Shown: positions 7,653-19,036, numbered from the stretch's first letter. The stretch: 58,446 bases of DNA from an uncultured Planctomycetales bacterium (GCA_964487475.1 CAZAPM010000013.1:1-58446), one strand, 5' to 3'. Notes: generated by a model from the sequence alone, not told the origin. Numbers and translations are program-made.

Positions 7653-9769
7653 CCGGTATTTTCGAAGGCCAGTTCGATTATATCTACTTCCTCTACGGAT
7701 TATCCTTTTTCCTATTCGGGATAATTTGTTTCAGCACCGGCCGGGGGAAGTTCCGCAAGATCCCCTGGGAGTGGCTGGGCCTCTTCGGCGTCGCGCATGG
7801 GTTCTCCGAGTGGATGGAGATGTGCCAGATCATCTACGGGAGATCGCAGCTGTTGAGCGTCTCCAGCCTGGTGTTGCACGGGGTGTCGTTTTTATTCCTT
7901 CTGGAATTCGCCCGGGTCGGTCTCTTCCGGCTTAAGGGGATCCGTATCGCGCACTGGGCATACCTGCCCATACTTCTTTTATTGCCTCTGATACATCCCT
8001 CCGGAATTAACGGATGGAACATCCTCCTGCGGTATTCCCTGGGCTTTCCCGGCGCCTATGCCGCCAGCCGCATGCTCTATGAATTCTACCGCAAGGAGCA
8101 TAAGGACAATAGTTCTCTGGTGTTCTTGAGTGCCATGCTGGCGTTGTATGCGGTCTTGACCGGACTGGTGACCCCGAAAGCGGATTTTTTCCCTGCCCGG
8201 CTGATCAATAACGAGTCATTCTATCGGACCCTCGGCCTCCCGGTACAGCTGCTGCGCGGGGTGGTCGCGTTATGCGCGGCCATGGCCGCCTGGTTGCATT
8301 CGACCACCATGCCCGGGATCACCTTCCGGCCGAAACAGTATTTCATCCGCCTGGTGCCGACCAAACGGCTGGTGGCGGTCACGGTCATCGTGTTGGTGAC
8401 CGCGGGATGGGTGTTCACCAACTATTTCGATTATTACGCGGGTATTAAGATCATCAAGAGCAGCAAGCAGGGGACGGACACCTCACTGAACAGGCTGATC
8501 CGGGAGCTCACGCTGCTAAGCCGGATCACGGCGTCTTTAAGCAAGGTCGCCTCGATCCGGCAGGCTGTTTCCGGCGGGGTCGTTTCCGAGGCGGAAAAAG
8601 TGCGCCGGACCCTGGCCCTGTACCGGGAGCGTTCCCGGGCGGAGGAAGCCTTGTTCTTCGATAAGGACGGCATGCTGCTTTTCTCGGCGCAGCCGCAGGG
8701 CGAGCCGGGATTCGACATGAGCAAGTCACAGGCCCGTAAACCCTATTTCCGGGACGCCTTGCGCGGTGATAACGGCTATTACTTCGAACTCGGGCCCCGC
8801 TATAACGAGCGGAAATATTACGTAAGCTATCCCGTGATGGACAAGGAGAACCGGGTGGCGGGAGTGGTGGTGCTGGTCAAGAACATCCAGGCCGCGCCCA
8901 TCCTGCATTACCGCCTGCTGGGTATCCTGATCACCTTCTTTGTCTGCCTGCTGGCCGTGGTCTTCCTCATCACCTTGCGGCGCAGGGAAACCCTGCTTAA
9001 GGCGATCGAGCAGGCGCATGCCAACCTCTTGACCGTGGACGAGATGAAGTCGGACTTCGTGTCCATCGTATCCCATGAGCTGCGCACTCCGCTGACCTCG
9101 ATAAGGAACGCGGCCAGTATCCTGCTGCGCGGAGGGCCGGCCAGGCGGCAGGTTGAAGAGGGAGAGCGCGAGCTGCTGCAGATCATCCTTTCCAACGTCG
9201 ACCGCCAGGCCAGGATGGTAAGCGACCTTCTGGATATTTCCAAGATCGAGGAGAACCTGATCCCCATCAACTACGAGCGGACGGATATCGTGGCGCTGGT
9301 GCGCAGCGCCGCCGTGTCACTGCAGCCCCAGATCGACGAGAAGCAGCTGCAGTTAAGCGTCTCTTCTTCCGTGCCGGCAAAGACGGTCTCTATCGACCCC
9401 GAACATACGCACCGGATCATCGACAACCTGATCGTCAACGCCGTGAAATTCACCCCTCCGGGAGGAAGGATCGACGTCAGGGTGGAGGATGAGGGGGCGC
9501 AGGCCAGGGTGACGGTGAGTGATACCGGTATCGGGATCTCGGCGCAGGATAAGGAGAAGCTCTTCAGTAAATTCTTCCGTTCGACGGATGCCCGGGTGGC
9601 GCAGGAAAAGGGGTGGGGGCTGGGCTTGGCGATCACCAAGAGCCTGGTGGAGGCGCAGGGGGGAGTGATCCGGGTGGAGTCGGAGCCGGGAAAGGGAAGC
9701 GCGTTCAGCTTTACGGTGCTTACGGAAAGGAAGAACGACAGGGAAGAACAGGATGCCGGTCGCGGATGA
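7649..9769 (+). CDS. multi-TM sensor histidine kinase with Cache-like domain
   Basis: N-terminal TM bundle, extracytoplasmic YFRDAL..G Cache-like segment, SHELRTPL H-box, NAVKFT and GLGLAI boxes. Confidence 0.9.
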   Translation: MTGIFEGQFDYIYFLYGLSFFLFGIICFSTGRGKFRKIPWEWLGLFGVAHGFSEWMEMCQIIYGRSQLLSVSSLVLHGVSFLFLLEFARVGLFRLKGIRIAHWAYLPILLLLPLIHPSGINGWNILLRYSLGFPGAYAASRMLYEFYRKEHKDNSSLVFLSAMLALYAVLTGLVTPKADFFPARLINNESFYRTLGLPVQLLRGVVALCAAMAAWLHSTTMPGITFRPKQYFIRLVPTKRLVAVTVIVLVTAGWVFTNYFDYYAGIKIIKSSKQGTDTSLNRLIRELTLLSRITASLSKVASIRQAVSGGVVSEAEKVRRTLALYRERSRAEEALFFDKDGMLLFSAQPQGEPGFDMSKSQARKPYFRDALRGDNGYYFELGPRYNERKYYVSYPVMDKENRVAGVVVLVKNIQAAPILHYRLLGILITFFVCLLAVVFLITLRRRETLLKAIEQAHANLLTVDEMKSDFVSIVSHELRTPLTSIRNAASILLRGGPARRQVEEGERELLQIILSNVDRQARMVSDLLDISKIEENLIPINYERTDIVALVRSAAVSLQPQIDEKQLQLSVSSSVPAKTVSIDPEHTHRIIDNLIVNAVKFTPPGGRIDVRVEDEGAQARVTVSDTGIGISAQDKEKLFSKFFRSTDARVAQEKGWGLGLAITKSLVEAQGGVIRVESEPGKGSAFSFTVLTERKNDREEQDAGRG

Positions 9770-9796
9770 CGATGCGTTGTGCGGCGGGAGGTGCGG

Positions 9797-10165
9797 ATGG
9801 AACAGAAGAAAAAGATACTGGTCATCGAGGACGACAAGGATATCAACCATACGTTATGCCTGCGCCTGAAGATGGAGGGGTACGAGGTGCTCAGCGCGCA
9901 GGAAGGTTACGAGGGGTTCTATAAGGCCAGGACCCAGGCTCCCGACCTGATCCTGCTTGACCTCAGGCTGCCGGGCCTGCCCGGGGAGGAGATCTGCCGG
10001 GAGGTGCGCAAGGATGCGCGCGGCGCGTCACTTCCGATCATCATGCTCACGGCCAAGGATACGGACACGGATAAGATCATCGGGAAAGTGCTTGGCGCCA
10101 CGTATTATATGGGCAAGCCATTCGATATGGAAGCGCTGGTGCGACAGATCAGCGTTCTGATCTGA
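9797..10165 (+). CDS. single-domain response regulator
   Basis: ILVIEDD, DLILLD, MLTAK and KPF motifs. RBS GGAGGT. Confidence 0.9.
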   Translation: MEQKKKILVIEDDKDINHTLCLRLKMEGYEVLSAQEGYEGFYKARTQAPDLILLDLRLPGLPGEEICREVRKDARGASLPIIMLTAKDTDTDKIIGKVLGATYYMGKPFDMEALVRQISVLI

Positions 10166-11717
10166 CCGCGGCGCGCAGGCGGGCTTTTTCCCTGCAGGCC
10201 AGCGCGATCGCGGTAGCCGCCAGCAGGGCGTTCTCAAGCAGGAAAAGCAGGGGATATACCTTGATCCCCGAAGGGGTCGGATCGTTCGAGGTCAGCGCCT
10301 CGGCGACCAGCCAGAAGCCGGCGAACGGTGAAGGCGCGATGAATACCTGCAGCAAGGCATCTCCGGTCACTCCCGCCACGGATTTCAGTATGAACCCGAA
10401 GATAGGAAACGCCACCCAGAGGATCAATAGGCCCGCGGCCAGCAGTATCTTCTTCTGGTGGTATTGGCTGAGGTTGAAGTATTCCAGTATGGATGAAAAA
10501 AAGATGATATAGCAGAGCCCGATGGCGATGCTCAAGGCCTGGGGTATGCCGAATGCGCCGGTGTAAAAGAGCGCCGCGCATATATAGGTGAAGGCGATCA
10601 GGCAGGAGACCGCGGCGATCCAGAGCCAGTTGGAGCTGTGGTCGTCATGCAGCGGCAGCGAAGGGACGTTGAGCCGGCGGGCGCGGTGCAGACCCTTGAT
10701 GAACATCAGCTGCGACGGTGTGGCCATAGGTACCGTGATCAGCAGCACGATCAGCGCGGCATACCAGAAGATAATGGAGTTGAAACTATCTCCTCCTGAA
10801 TTGACCGTATGCATGCTCCCCGCGCTGAAAAAACATATCAAGCCGACGAAGGCGGCACTCTGCATTTTCGACCATACCGGCGCCTCCCCGAACGCGAAGC
10901 GGCGTTTGATCCCCAGGCAGAAGAGGCCCAGCAGGGGGACTTGTACGAGGATATGGAAAAACGGGGTCGGCAGGGACGATCCCCAGAACAGGTTCAGGTG
11001 GTCCATGAACATGAAGCCGCGGTATCCCTTGATCACGATCCCCTGTTCGATGAGCGTATGGTAGAGGTCCTGGTATGAGGGGAAGGGAGTGGCGTGATAC
11101 AGGAAAGAAAGAAGGAAGATCGTATGGAAGAAAAAATAGAAGAGCAGGAAGATCGTTCCTGCCTGGTTGCGCCGGTTTTTGTTTCCTAACGCCGCTAACA
11201 CGGTAAGGGCGTACCCGAAGAGGGCGCAGAGCGTCAGAGATGCATAAAAGCCTATACAGGTAATCGACGCGGAGACGCCGATCCCGCTTAAGGCCATGAC
11301 GATAAAGGATACGGGCAGGGTGAAGAAAAAGAGGGTCCATTCCAGGATCGGAGCACCCAACAGCATGCCGATGATCCGCGAGATGCCGGTCTCGGGGGCG
11401 GCCCGGTGAAAATCGAAGGTACCCCCGCTTTTTTCCAGTCCCGCGAGTTTGCCGGCGCTGAAAACTCCGATGAAAAGCAGCACCCCCTGGAGGATGGCGA
11501 TCTGGAAGAGGACGCTGTTAAGCCAGGGTATGGGATACGAGGTTTGGCTGGAGTGATCGTAAAAGACATTGGCGTCCCGGCCCATGTAGTTGCCGATGAA
11601 GATGAGGGCGATGATCAGGGAGACCACGGTCAATGAAGTTCCGACGATGTGCGGCCGCATGCGTTCCCGCCAGAAACGCAGGAAAAGCGCGTTATCGAAG
11701 AGCGAGGGCGTGCTCAT
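10149..11717 (-). CDS. ABC transporter permease
   Basis: Highly hydrophobic multi-TM protein with EKSGGTFDFHR motif, coupled to the ATPase gene. Confidence 0.75.
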   Translation of the reverse strand: MSTPSLFDNALFLRFWRERMRPHIVGTSLTVVSLIIALIFIGNYMGRDANVFYDHSSQTSYPIPWLNSVLFQIAILQGVLLFIGVFSAGKLAGLEKSGGTFDFHRAAPETGISRIIGMLLGAPILEWTLFFFTLPVSFIVMALSGIGVSASITCIGFYASLTLCALFGYALTVLAALGNKNRRNQAGTIFLLFYFFFHTIFLLSFLYHATPFPSYQDLYHTLIEQGIVIKGYRGFMFMDHLNLFWGSSLPTPFFHILVQVPLLGLFCLGIKRRFAFGEAPVWSKMQSAAFVGLICFFSAGSMHTVNSGGDSFNSIIFWYAALIVLLITVPMATPSQLMFIKGLHRARRLNVPSLPLHDDHSSNWLWIAAVSCLIAFTYICAALFYTGAFGIPQALSIAIGLCYIIFFSSILEYFNLSQYHQKKILLAAGLLILWVAFPIFGFILKSVAGVTGDALLQVFIAPSPFAGFWLVAEALTSNDPTPSGIKVYPLLFLLENALLAATAIALACREKARLRAAVRSER

Positions 11718-12655
11718 GAGGTCTCCCGTGCGCCGATCTGGAAAAAAATGTCTTCCATGGTGGCTTTTTTGAGGGTGATCTGGGATACCGGGAGGCCAAG
11801 GTGCACCAGGTCGCGGTTAAGGGCGGCGGCGTCATGCGCCCCGCCTGAAAAATAGCAATGCATCTCCGCTCCCGGCTGCAGTGCGGCGTTGGAGACCAGG
11901 GTGTGTCTGCCGAGATATTCCGAAAGGATGCTTTGCTGCGGCAAGGATAGCTCGGCGAAGACGATGACCAGTTCGTTCTTGATCCCCATGCTGCGGCGGA
12001 TATCATCGATCGACCCGGAAACCACCATCCGGCCCTTTTCCATGATCCCGATGGCGTTGCAGAAATCGCTGAGCTCGCTTAAGATATGGCTGGAGATGAC
12101 GATGGTCTTGCCTTTTGCGGCGATGCGGGTCAGGATGCCGCGCATCTCCAGGCGGGCGATCGGATCGAGGCCGCTGGCCGGTTCGTCGAGCAGCACGACC
12201 GAGGGATCGTGCAGCAGCGTCTTGGCCAGGACCAGGCGCTGGCGCATCCCCCGGGAAAGCGTACTGACGAAGACGTCCCATTTCTCGCCGAGTTTGACCT
12301 CGTCGATCCAGGCGCGGCAGCGCTCCCGGCGTTGTTCCTGGGGGATGAGGTACGCGGCGGCGAAGACTTCAAGGTACTCCCATACTTTCAGGTGTTCGTA
12401 TACGGGGGGGAAATCCGGCATGAATCCCAGGTGTGCGAGGGCTTTCCGCGGCTGGAGTTCCATATCGTGCCCGCCGATGGATATCTCCCCGTAGGTCGGT
12501 TCGATGATCCCGGCGATCGCTTTGAGGGTGGAGGTCTTACCGGCGCCGTTGGGGCCGACCAGGCCGTAGATCTGGCCGGGGAGGACCTCCAGGTCGAGGT
12601 CCCGCACCGCCGTGACGCCTTCGTAATCGATCCGCAGCGAGCGTATTTTGATCAT
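11714..12655 (-). CDS. ABC transporter ATP-binding protein
   Basis: GPNGAGKT, LSRGMRQ, DEPASGLD. Start placed at second ATG because TTGACA-N16-TATGAT (12695-12668) abuts the first. Confidence 0.9.
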   Translation of the reverse strand: MIKIRSLRIDYEGVTAVRDLDLEVLPGQIYGLVGPNGAGKTSTLKAIAGIIEPTYGEISIGGHDMELQPRKALAHLGFMPDFPPVYEHLKVWEYLEVFAAAYLIPQEQRRERCRAWIDEVKLGEKWDVFVSTLSRGMRQRLVLAKTLLHDPSVVLLDEPASGLDPIARLEMRGILTRIAAKGKTIVISSHILSELSDFCNAIGIMEKGRMVVSGSIDDIRRSMGIKNELVIVFAELSLPQQSILSEYLGRHTLVSNAALQPGAEMHCYFSGGAHDAAALNRDLVHLGLPVSQITLKKATMEDIFFQIGARETS

Positions 12656-12782
12656 GGCAATATCCATATCATAGTACTGCGCAAGAAAATGTCAAATATA
12701 ATAGAACATCCGTGGCATCTGTGATAAAATTGCACGGTGCGCCGGAGCATGACTGACCCGGCGTTTAAGGAGGGAATGAACC

Positions 12783-13589
12783 GTGAAAAATGATCCTGTG
12801 GCGAAGATCCCGTTGTCGGCGGTGGTGATGGTGCGTAACGAAGAGAGGAATATCCGGGAGTGCCTGGAATCCCTGAAGGGGTGGGTAGGCGAGATCGTGG
12901 TGGTGGACGATTTCAGCACGGACCGTACTCTGGAGATCGTGCGGGAATATACCGACAAGGTTTTTCAGCACAAGTGGGAGGCGGAGGGCAGGGCACGTAA
13001 TTACGCCTATGCCAAAGCCTCCGGTGAATATGTGTTGAGCATCGATGCGGATGAACGCGTCACCCCGGAACTGCGGGATGAGCTGATAGCGCTGTTCCGC
13101 AAGCCCATGGAATTCAACGGATATAACGTCAAGCACCGTAATTTTCTTGGTAAGTATTGGATTCGCCATGGGGAGTGGTACCCTAACGCCAAGCTTAAGA
13201 TCTTCCGCAAGGATAAGTTCCGTTATGAGGAGGAGGCGGAGTACCATCCCAGAGCGTTCATGGAGGGCAAGACGCAGACCTTAAAAAATGACGTCCTGCA
13301 TTATAACTTTGCGGATTTTTCGGCAGCGTTCGCCAAGCTTAACCGCGCCACGGATTTCGAGGCGCGCAAATGGATCCGCGACGGCCGAAAGATGAGCCTG
13401 GGGATCGTGTTCCAGAAGATGGTCTCGCGGTTCCTCAAGTTTTACCTGGGGAAGAAGGGGTATAAGGACGGGTTCATCGGGTTTTTTATGGCGTTGTACA
13501 GCGGCATGTACCAGTTCTATACCTACTGCAAGTATTGGGAGCTAAAGACGGGGAAACTGCAGAACCCGGCGCAGGGGAAGTCCTCTTAA
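12783..13589 (+). CDS. GT2 glycosyltransferase (WaaE/KdtX-like)
   Basis: NEERNIRECL, VVDDFSTD, SIDADER, KKGYKDGFIG motifs. Confidence 0.9.
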   Translation: MKNDPVAKIPLSAVVMVRNEERNIRECLESLKGWVGEIVVVDDFSTDRTLEIVREYTDKVFQHKWEAEGRARNYAYAKASGEYVLSIDADERVTPELRDELIALFRKPMEFNGYNVKHRNFLGKYWIRHGEWYPNAKLKIFRKDKFRYEEEAEYHPRAFMEGKTQTLKNDVLHYNFADFSAAFAKLNRATDFEARKWIRDGRKMSLGIVFQKMVSRFLKFYLGKKGYKDGFIGFFMALYSGMYQFYTYCKYWELKTGKLQNPAQGKSS

Positions 13590-14560
13590 AGCCACTTGCG
13601 GCGCTTGAAATAGATCAGCATCCAGGTGGTCATGACGAGCATCACTCCGACCACGATGGGGTAACCCCAGGGGCTTTCCAGTTCCGGCATGTGTTTGAAG
13701 TTCATTCCGTAGATGCTGGCGATCAGGGTCAGGGGCATCATGATCGTCGTGATCACGGTCAGGGTCTTCATGATCTCGTTCAGGCGGTTGGAGACGATGG
13801 ATACGTAGGCTTCCATGGCGCCGGTGATGACGTCCCGGGAGGTGCCGACCACGTCGTTCAACCGTACCAGGTTGTCGTAGATGTTGCGGAAATAGATGAC
13901 CACGGCGGGATTGATGAATTCGAACTCGTTGCGGCCCAGGAGGCTGATCACGTCCGCCTGCGGCCCGATGGTGCGGCGCAGGTAAAGCACCTGGTTCTTG
14001 AGCAGGTAGATCTTCTTTAAGGTATCCTGGTTGGGGTCCTTGAAGAGCTCGTCCGTCATGGCGTCCACCAGGTTGTCGAAATCGTTGATCACCGGCAGGT
14101 ACCTGTCCACGCAGGAGTCGAGGATCGAGTAAAGGAGCATGTCCGCGCCCTGCTGGATCATGGGGGACTGTTTTTTGATGCGGTCCTTGCATACGTTCAG
14201 GGAATTGACCGGGCATTCGTGGAAGGTCACCAGCCAGTTCTTCCCCAGACAGCAGTCCAGTTCGGTGGTCTTGACCGTCTGTTTATCCCCGCCGTTCAAT
14301 GATTCGATGGAGAACATCACCAGGAAGAAGTAATCCTTGAATTTCTCCAGCTTCGGCCGGGAGTTGGGCATGATGAAGTCTTCGACGGTAAGAGGGTGGA
14401 GGTTGAAGACCGAAGTGAGGAAGTCGATATCGGAGTCTTCGATGTCGAAGATGTCGATCCAAAGCACGCTGCGTTCGTCCTTGATCGCCTGGGCGACGTC
14501 CTGGGCCGATACGCTGGTCTGCAGTCCTTTTTCCGGATGATATACGAATGATTCGAACAT
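13586..14560 (-). CDS. corA: Mg/Co transporter CorA
   Basis: YGMNFKHMPEL signature and two C-terminal TM helices. Confidence 0.95.
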   Translation of the reverse strand: MFESFVYHPEKGLQTSVSAQDVAQAIKDERSVLWIDIFDIEDSDIDFLTSVFNLHPLTVEDFIMPNSRPKLEKFKDYFFLVMFSIESLNGGDKQTVKTTELDCCLGKNWLVTFHECPVNSLNVCKDRIKKQSPMIQQGADMLLYSILDSCVDRYLPVINDFDNLVDAMTDELFKDPNQDTLKKIYLLKNQVLYLRRTIGPQADVISLLGRNEFEFINPAVVIYFRNIYDNLVRLNDVVGTSRDVITGAMEAYVSIVSNRLNEIMKTLTVITTIMMPLTLIASIYGMNFKHMPELESPWGYPIVVGVMLVMTTWMLIYFKRRKWL

Positions 14561-14711
14561 GGTTTCCCCGCGATTATTGTATACCTTTATGGTGTACCAC
14601 AGATACGCGGCCGTGACAACAAAAAATTTCCGTTGTTCCTTATTTTAGCTTGCAGGCATAGGGGTTTATCCTATAATGTAGGATATGTACAAGTGACGCA
14701 GGGAGGAGAAT

Positions 14712-15020
14712 ATGCAGACCGGAAGGGTGTTCTTGTGTGCGTTGTGTATGTGGGTTTTTGCGGGAAGTGCCTGCGTTCTTGCGCAGGAGTCTAAGTCCGT
14801 GCCCGTGCTGGCGATCGAGACCGTGCTTACTTTATCCCGGGATTTTTCCGCGCAGCAGGGATATGACCTTTCGAAGTATTATATTTCAGATGTGCGCTTC
14901 AACCGGGAAAAGAAGGAGTGGATGGTGTTCTGGCAGGGAAACGTGCCGGCCCCCGGAAATCATTTCCTGGTGATGGTGGACGAGGAGACCAGGAAGCTCA
15001 CCCTGATGGTGGGGCAGTAG
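14712..15020 (+). CDS. exported hypothetical protein
   Basis: Signal peptide, RBS GGAGGAG, upstream TTGCAG-N16-TATAAT. Confidence 0.7.
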   Translation: MQTGRVFLCALCMWVFAGSACVLAQESKSVPVLAIETVLTLSRDFSAQQGYDLSKYYISDVRFNREKKEWMVFWQGNVPAPGNHFLVMVDEETRKLTLMVGQ

Positions 15021-15038
15021 GGAGCGCGAGGAGGGAAC

Positions 15039-15896
15039 GTGTTTGAGTGCAGGATGAGCGCTGCCGGCTCCCGGGTTGCTGCGGGAGAGCTGTTGAACGC
15101 GGCGCTGCAGAATCTGGGGGTCGCGGGATCCGCGATCGCGCAGCAGGTCGAAAAAGGCCGGGTCTCCGTGTCCGTATTCGGCACGCGGGCGCGGATGCAG
15201 GCGTTCGCCCGGCGGGTGCGCCGCCTGCGGCTGGCAGGGATCTCGGTTAAGGTGCAGGACCTTTCCGCGTCGGGGTGGAGCACGAAGTGGAAGCGCTACG
15301 TCAAGCCGTTCGATATCCTCCCCGGAGTGCGCATCGTCCCCCGCTGGAAACGCGACCCGAAGGATACCCCGCGCTCCGGAGAGGTGTTCATCGATACCAC
15401 CATGGCCTTCGGCACCGGGCTGCACGCGACGACCCGGCTGACCGCGCAGCTTCTCAAGATGCGCTCCGGCGCGCTGGGCAGGTTCCTGGACGTGGGCGCG
15501 GGATCGGGGATCCTTTCCGTGCTCGCCAACCGTTTCGGGGCCAGGCAAGTGTGGGCGATCGACGTGGATGCGCAGGCGGTGGAGACGTGCCGGCTCAATC
15601 TGCAGGTCAACGGATGCGATACCCGCCACGTGCGGCGGATGGATTTCGAGCGGTTCCGCACCTCCCGGCCCTTTGATTTCGTCGCCGCGAACCTGATCAC
15701 GCAGGATTTGCTGCGTTTCAGGCCGGCGCTGATCCGTCTGGTCGCTCCGGGAGGATACCTGGCGATCTCAGGGATATACAAGGATAACTATGCGCGCTTG
15801 AGGCGCGGGTTCAAGAGCCGGCAGCTGCGGTGCGTGCGGGTGCTGGAACGCGATGGGTGGTACGGGTTACTATTCGAGAGGAAGGCGGCACGATGA
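15039..15896 (+). CDS. prmA: ribosomal protein L11 methyltransferase
   Basis: MAFGTGLHATT, LDVGAGSGILS, ANL and ISGI motifs. Confidence 0.9.
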   Translation: MFECRMSAAGSRVAAGELLNAALQNLGVAGSAIAQQVEKGRVSVSVFGTRARMQAFARRVRRLRLAGISVKVQDLSASGWSTKWKRYVKPFDILPGVRIVPRWKRDPKDTPRSGEVFIDTTMAFGTGLHATTRLTAQLLKMRSGALGRFLDVGAGSGILSVLANRFGARQVWAIDVDAQAVETCRLNLQVNGCDTRHVRRMDFERFRTSRPFDFVAANLITQDLLRFRPALIRLVAPGGYLAISGIYKDNYARLRRGFKSRQLRCVRVLERDGWYGLLFERKAAR

Positions 15897-17385
15897 GCGC
15901 GGTACGTAAGATCCTGGTGACCAGTGCGCTTCCGTATGCGAACGGAAGCATCCATTTGGGGCATATGGTGGAGTACATCCAGACCGACATCTGGGTGCGG
16001 TTCCAGCGCATGCGCGGCAACGAATGCTATTACATGTGCGCGGACGATACCCACGGCACTCCGGTGATGATCAGCGCCCGGCAGCAGGGGATCACTCCCG
16101 AGGAGCTGGTGCGCAGGATGCACGAGGAGCACACCCGGGATTTCGCGGCGTTCAATATCAGCTTCGACAATTATTATACCACGAACAGCGAGGAGAACAG
16201 GGTGCTGGCGGAGTACATCTATGCGCAGGCCAAGGAGCGGGGGGCGATCTACGAAAAGGAGATCGAGCAGTATTACTGCGAGCACTGCGGGATGTTCCTT
16301 CCCGACCGCATGATCAAGGGCACCTGCCCTTCGTGCAAGGCGCGGCAGCAGTACGGGGATGCCTGCGAGGCCTGTTCCGCGACCTATGACCCGGTGCAGC
16401 TGATCGATCCCGTCTGCGCGGTGTGCGGGGCCAAACCGGTGCGCCGGAATTCCGTGCACCACTATTTCAAGCTCTCGGCGTTCACGGAACAGCTCAGGCA
16501 GTGGGTTTCCGCGGGCCACGTCCGTCCGGAGATCGAAAACAAGCTGCAGGAATGGTTCACGCAGGGGATCAAGGACTGGGATATCTCCCGCGACGCGCCG
16601 TATTTCGGGTTCCGCATACCCGGCACGCAGGATAAATACTTTTACGTCTGGCTGGATGCGCCGGTCGGGTATATGGCCACGACCAAGCACTGGTGCGCCC
16701 GGCAGGGGAAGGATTTCGACGCCATCTGGAAGCCCGGCGGCTATGAGATCCATCATTTCATCGGGAAGGATATTCTCTATTTCCATACCCTATTCTGGCC
16801 GGCCATGCTGATGGCGTCTGGGTTCGCCACCCCGACCAAGGTCAACGTGCACGGGTTCCTTACCGTCAACGGAGAGAAGATGTCCAAGAGCCGCGGCACC
16901 TTCATCAAGGCCGCGGAGTACCTTTCCCGCCTGGACCCGGAGTTCCTGCGCTATTACTACGCCGCCAAGCTGGGAGCGGCGGTAGAGGACCTGGACTTGA
17001 ACGTCAGCGATTTCGTGTTCCGGGTGAATTCGGACGTGCTGGGCAAGGTGGTCAATATCGGAAGCCGCCTGGGGAAGATCGTCAACAAGAAGCTGGGCAG
17101 CCGCATTTCGGTGATCGATCCGGCAGCCGCGGGATTGCTGCAGGAGATCCGTGCCGCGTTGCCGCAGCTGGCGGAGTATTACGAGACGCTGGAGTATAAC
17201 CGGGCCATGCGGGATATCGCCGGGCTGGCGGATAAGGTGAACAAATATATCAACGATACCGCGCCGTGGGACCTGGTGGAGAAGGATACGGAGCGCGCGA
17301 GACAGGTGTGCACCGCGGGATTGAACGGTCTTTACCTGCTTGCGGGCGTGCTTAAGCCGGTGCTGCCGCGTATCTGCGCCGGAGT
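15893..17385 (+). CDS. metG: methionyl-tRNA synthetase (3' end lost in assembly gap)
   Basis: ALPYANGSIHLGH, WDISRD, YVWLDAP, KMSKS and four CxxC zinc-knuckle motifs. Confidence 0.96.
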
Positions 17386-17485
17386 NNNNNNNNNNNNNNN
17401 NNNNNNNNNNNNNNNNNNNNNNNNNNNNNNNNNNNNNNNNNNNNNNNNNNNNNNNNNNNNNNNNNNNNNNNNNNNNNNNNNNNNN
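17386..17485. other. assembly gap (100 N)
   Basis: Run of N. Confidence 1.
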
Positions 17486-17886
17486 ATCCCCGCAGCGAAT
17501 TCGTCCTCCATCCCCGGGAATCCGGTGGCTTTCTTGCCGGTGAGGATCCCGAGGGGGGAGAGCACGACCGCCGGCGCCGCGCAGATGGCGGCGATGGTCT
17601 TTCCCCGGGAGTGCATGCGCAGGATGCGTTCTTTCAGCACCGCTGAGGCGGCGAGGTTGTCCGCTCCGGGCTGTCCGCCCGGAAGGACCAGGGCGTCATA
17701 CTCGGCGGAAACATCGGAAAGCAGGATATCCGCGGTAAGGATGATCCCGTGCGAGCCGGTGACGTGCAACGAGGAGAGGCCGGCAACGGTGACGCTGACC
17801 CCTGCCCGGCGCAGCACATCGATAGGCGTGACCGCTTCGATCTCCTCGAACCCGGGCGCCAGAACGACCAGAGCGTGTGTGGTCAT
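17486..17886 (-). CDS. DJ-1/PfpI (ThiJ/YajL-like) protein, 3' end in gap
   Basis: GFEEIEAV, DVLRRAG, LPGG, AAICAAP. RBS AGGAGG and upstream TTGACA-N17-TAGCAT. Confidence 0.92.
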
Positions 17887-17950
17887 GATAACCTCCTGAA
17901 AATATGCTACTCTTATCCGTGTTTTCTGTCAAGATGCAGTTGCCGTTCCT

Positions 17951-19036
17951 ATGCTGAAAGTCAAGACCCTGGCGGAGGATTTTACGGTCGAGGAGAGGGT
18001 GTCCCTGGCCTTGCGGGGCAAAGGCAGGTTCCCGGTCTATCTCCTTCAGAAACGCGGATGGAACACGGTGGAACTTCTCCAGGTGCTGGCGGAGCGCTCG
18101 AAGATCCCTTTTGATAAGTGGTCCTACGGGGGACGCAAGGACAAATACGGCAGCACGACCCAGTACGTGTCGGTGCGGGGGCAGAGAATCCCGGATATCG
18201 AGGCTTCCGGGTATACGCTGCGTTTTTCCGGGTATGCGGAGGAGATGATGTCTCCGGCACATATCATCGGCAACGCGTTTACCGTGACCTTGCGCCGTCT
18301 GGAGGATGTGCGCGCGGCGCGGCTGGCCGCGGCGTTCAAGGAGGCGTCTGCGGCGGGATTCGAGAACTATTTCGACGATCAGCGTTTCGGGTCCTTCGAT
18401 CCCGCAACGGGGTGGGCCGCGGAGAGGATGTATAAGGGGCATTTCAACGGTGCCTGGCAGGCAGTGACGGCGACCTGCCGCACCGAGCATGAGCGCGCCG
18501 CGTTATCCGCGCTTAAAGCGCGTTGCCCGAAGGCTCTCGATGCGCTTAAGGCGTTGCCCCGGGAGGTGCTCTTGCGGCACCTCTCGGCGTATCAGGGGTT
18601 TGTCTGGAACGAGATGCTGCGCGCAGTGGTGGAGGGCTCGGCGTTCGCCAAGGATGCCTGCCGGGTGCAGGGCAAGGCCGGGGAGTATGTGTTCCTGGCG
18701 TTTTCCGTTGGAAAATCACACCCCGCGCAGGGACTGGCGCTGCCGGCTATCGGCGCGAATATGCCGGCGTTGTATCCCGCGGCCGGAGGCGTATACGAGC
18801 AGGTGTGCCGCCGTTTCGGATTGAGCAAGGCGGTGTTCAACCGCATGAAGGTGCGGCAGGCGTACGCCGCATCCTTCCTCCGGGACGCGCTGGCGCGGCC
18901 CGGAGAGTGTGCCTGCAGCGCGGCAGAGGACGAGCTGCACCCCGGAAGGAAGAAGCTCATCTTGTCTTTTTTTCTCGGCAGAGGAAGTTACGCGACGATG
19001 CTGCTTAAAAAAATGGAGTGCGCATGCGGTGGGTAA
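17951..19036 (+). CDS. truD: tRNA pseudouridine(13) synthase
   Basis: EDFTVEE, GRKDK, GNAFTVTLR, NYFDDQRFG, GSYAT motifs. Confidence 0.9.
   Translation: MLKVKTLAEDFTVEERVSLALRGKGRFPVYLLQKRGWNTVELLQVLAERSKIPFDKWSYGGRKDKYGSTTQYVSVRGQRIPDIEASGYTLRFSGYAEEMMSPAHIIGNAFTVTLRRLEDVRAARLAAAFKEASAAGFENYFDDQRFGSFDPATGWAAERMYKGHFNGAWQAVTATCRTEHERAALSALKARCPKALDALKALPREVLLRHLSAYQGFVWNEMLRAVVEGSAFAKDACRVQGKAGEYVFLAFSVGKSHPAQGLALPAIGANMPALYPAAGGVYEQVCRRFGLSKAVFNRMKVRQAYAASFLRDALARPGECACSAAEDELHPGRKKLILSFFLGRGSYATMLLKKMECACGG

Noticed and set aside
15830..17899. 689-aa MetG ORF with odd C-terminus
   Set aside because: Artefact of translating through the N gap into the antisense strand of the DJ-1 gene.
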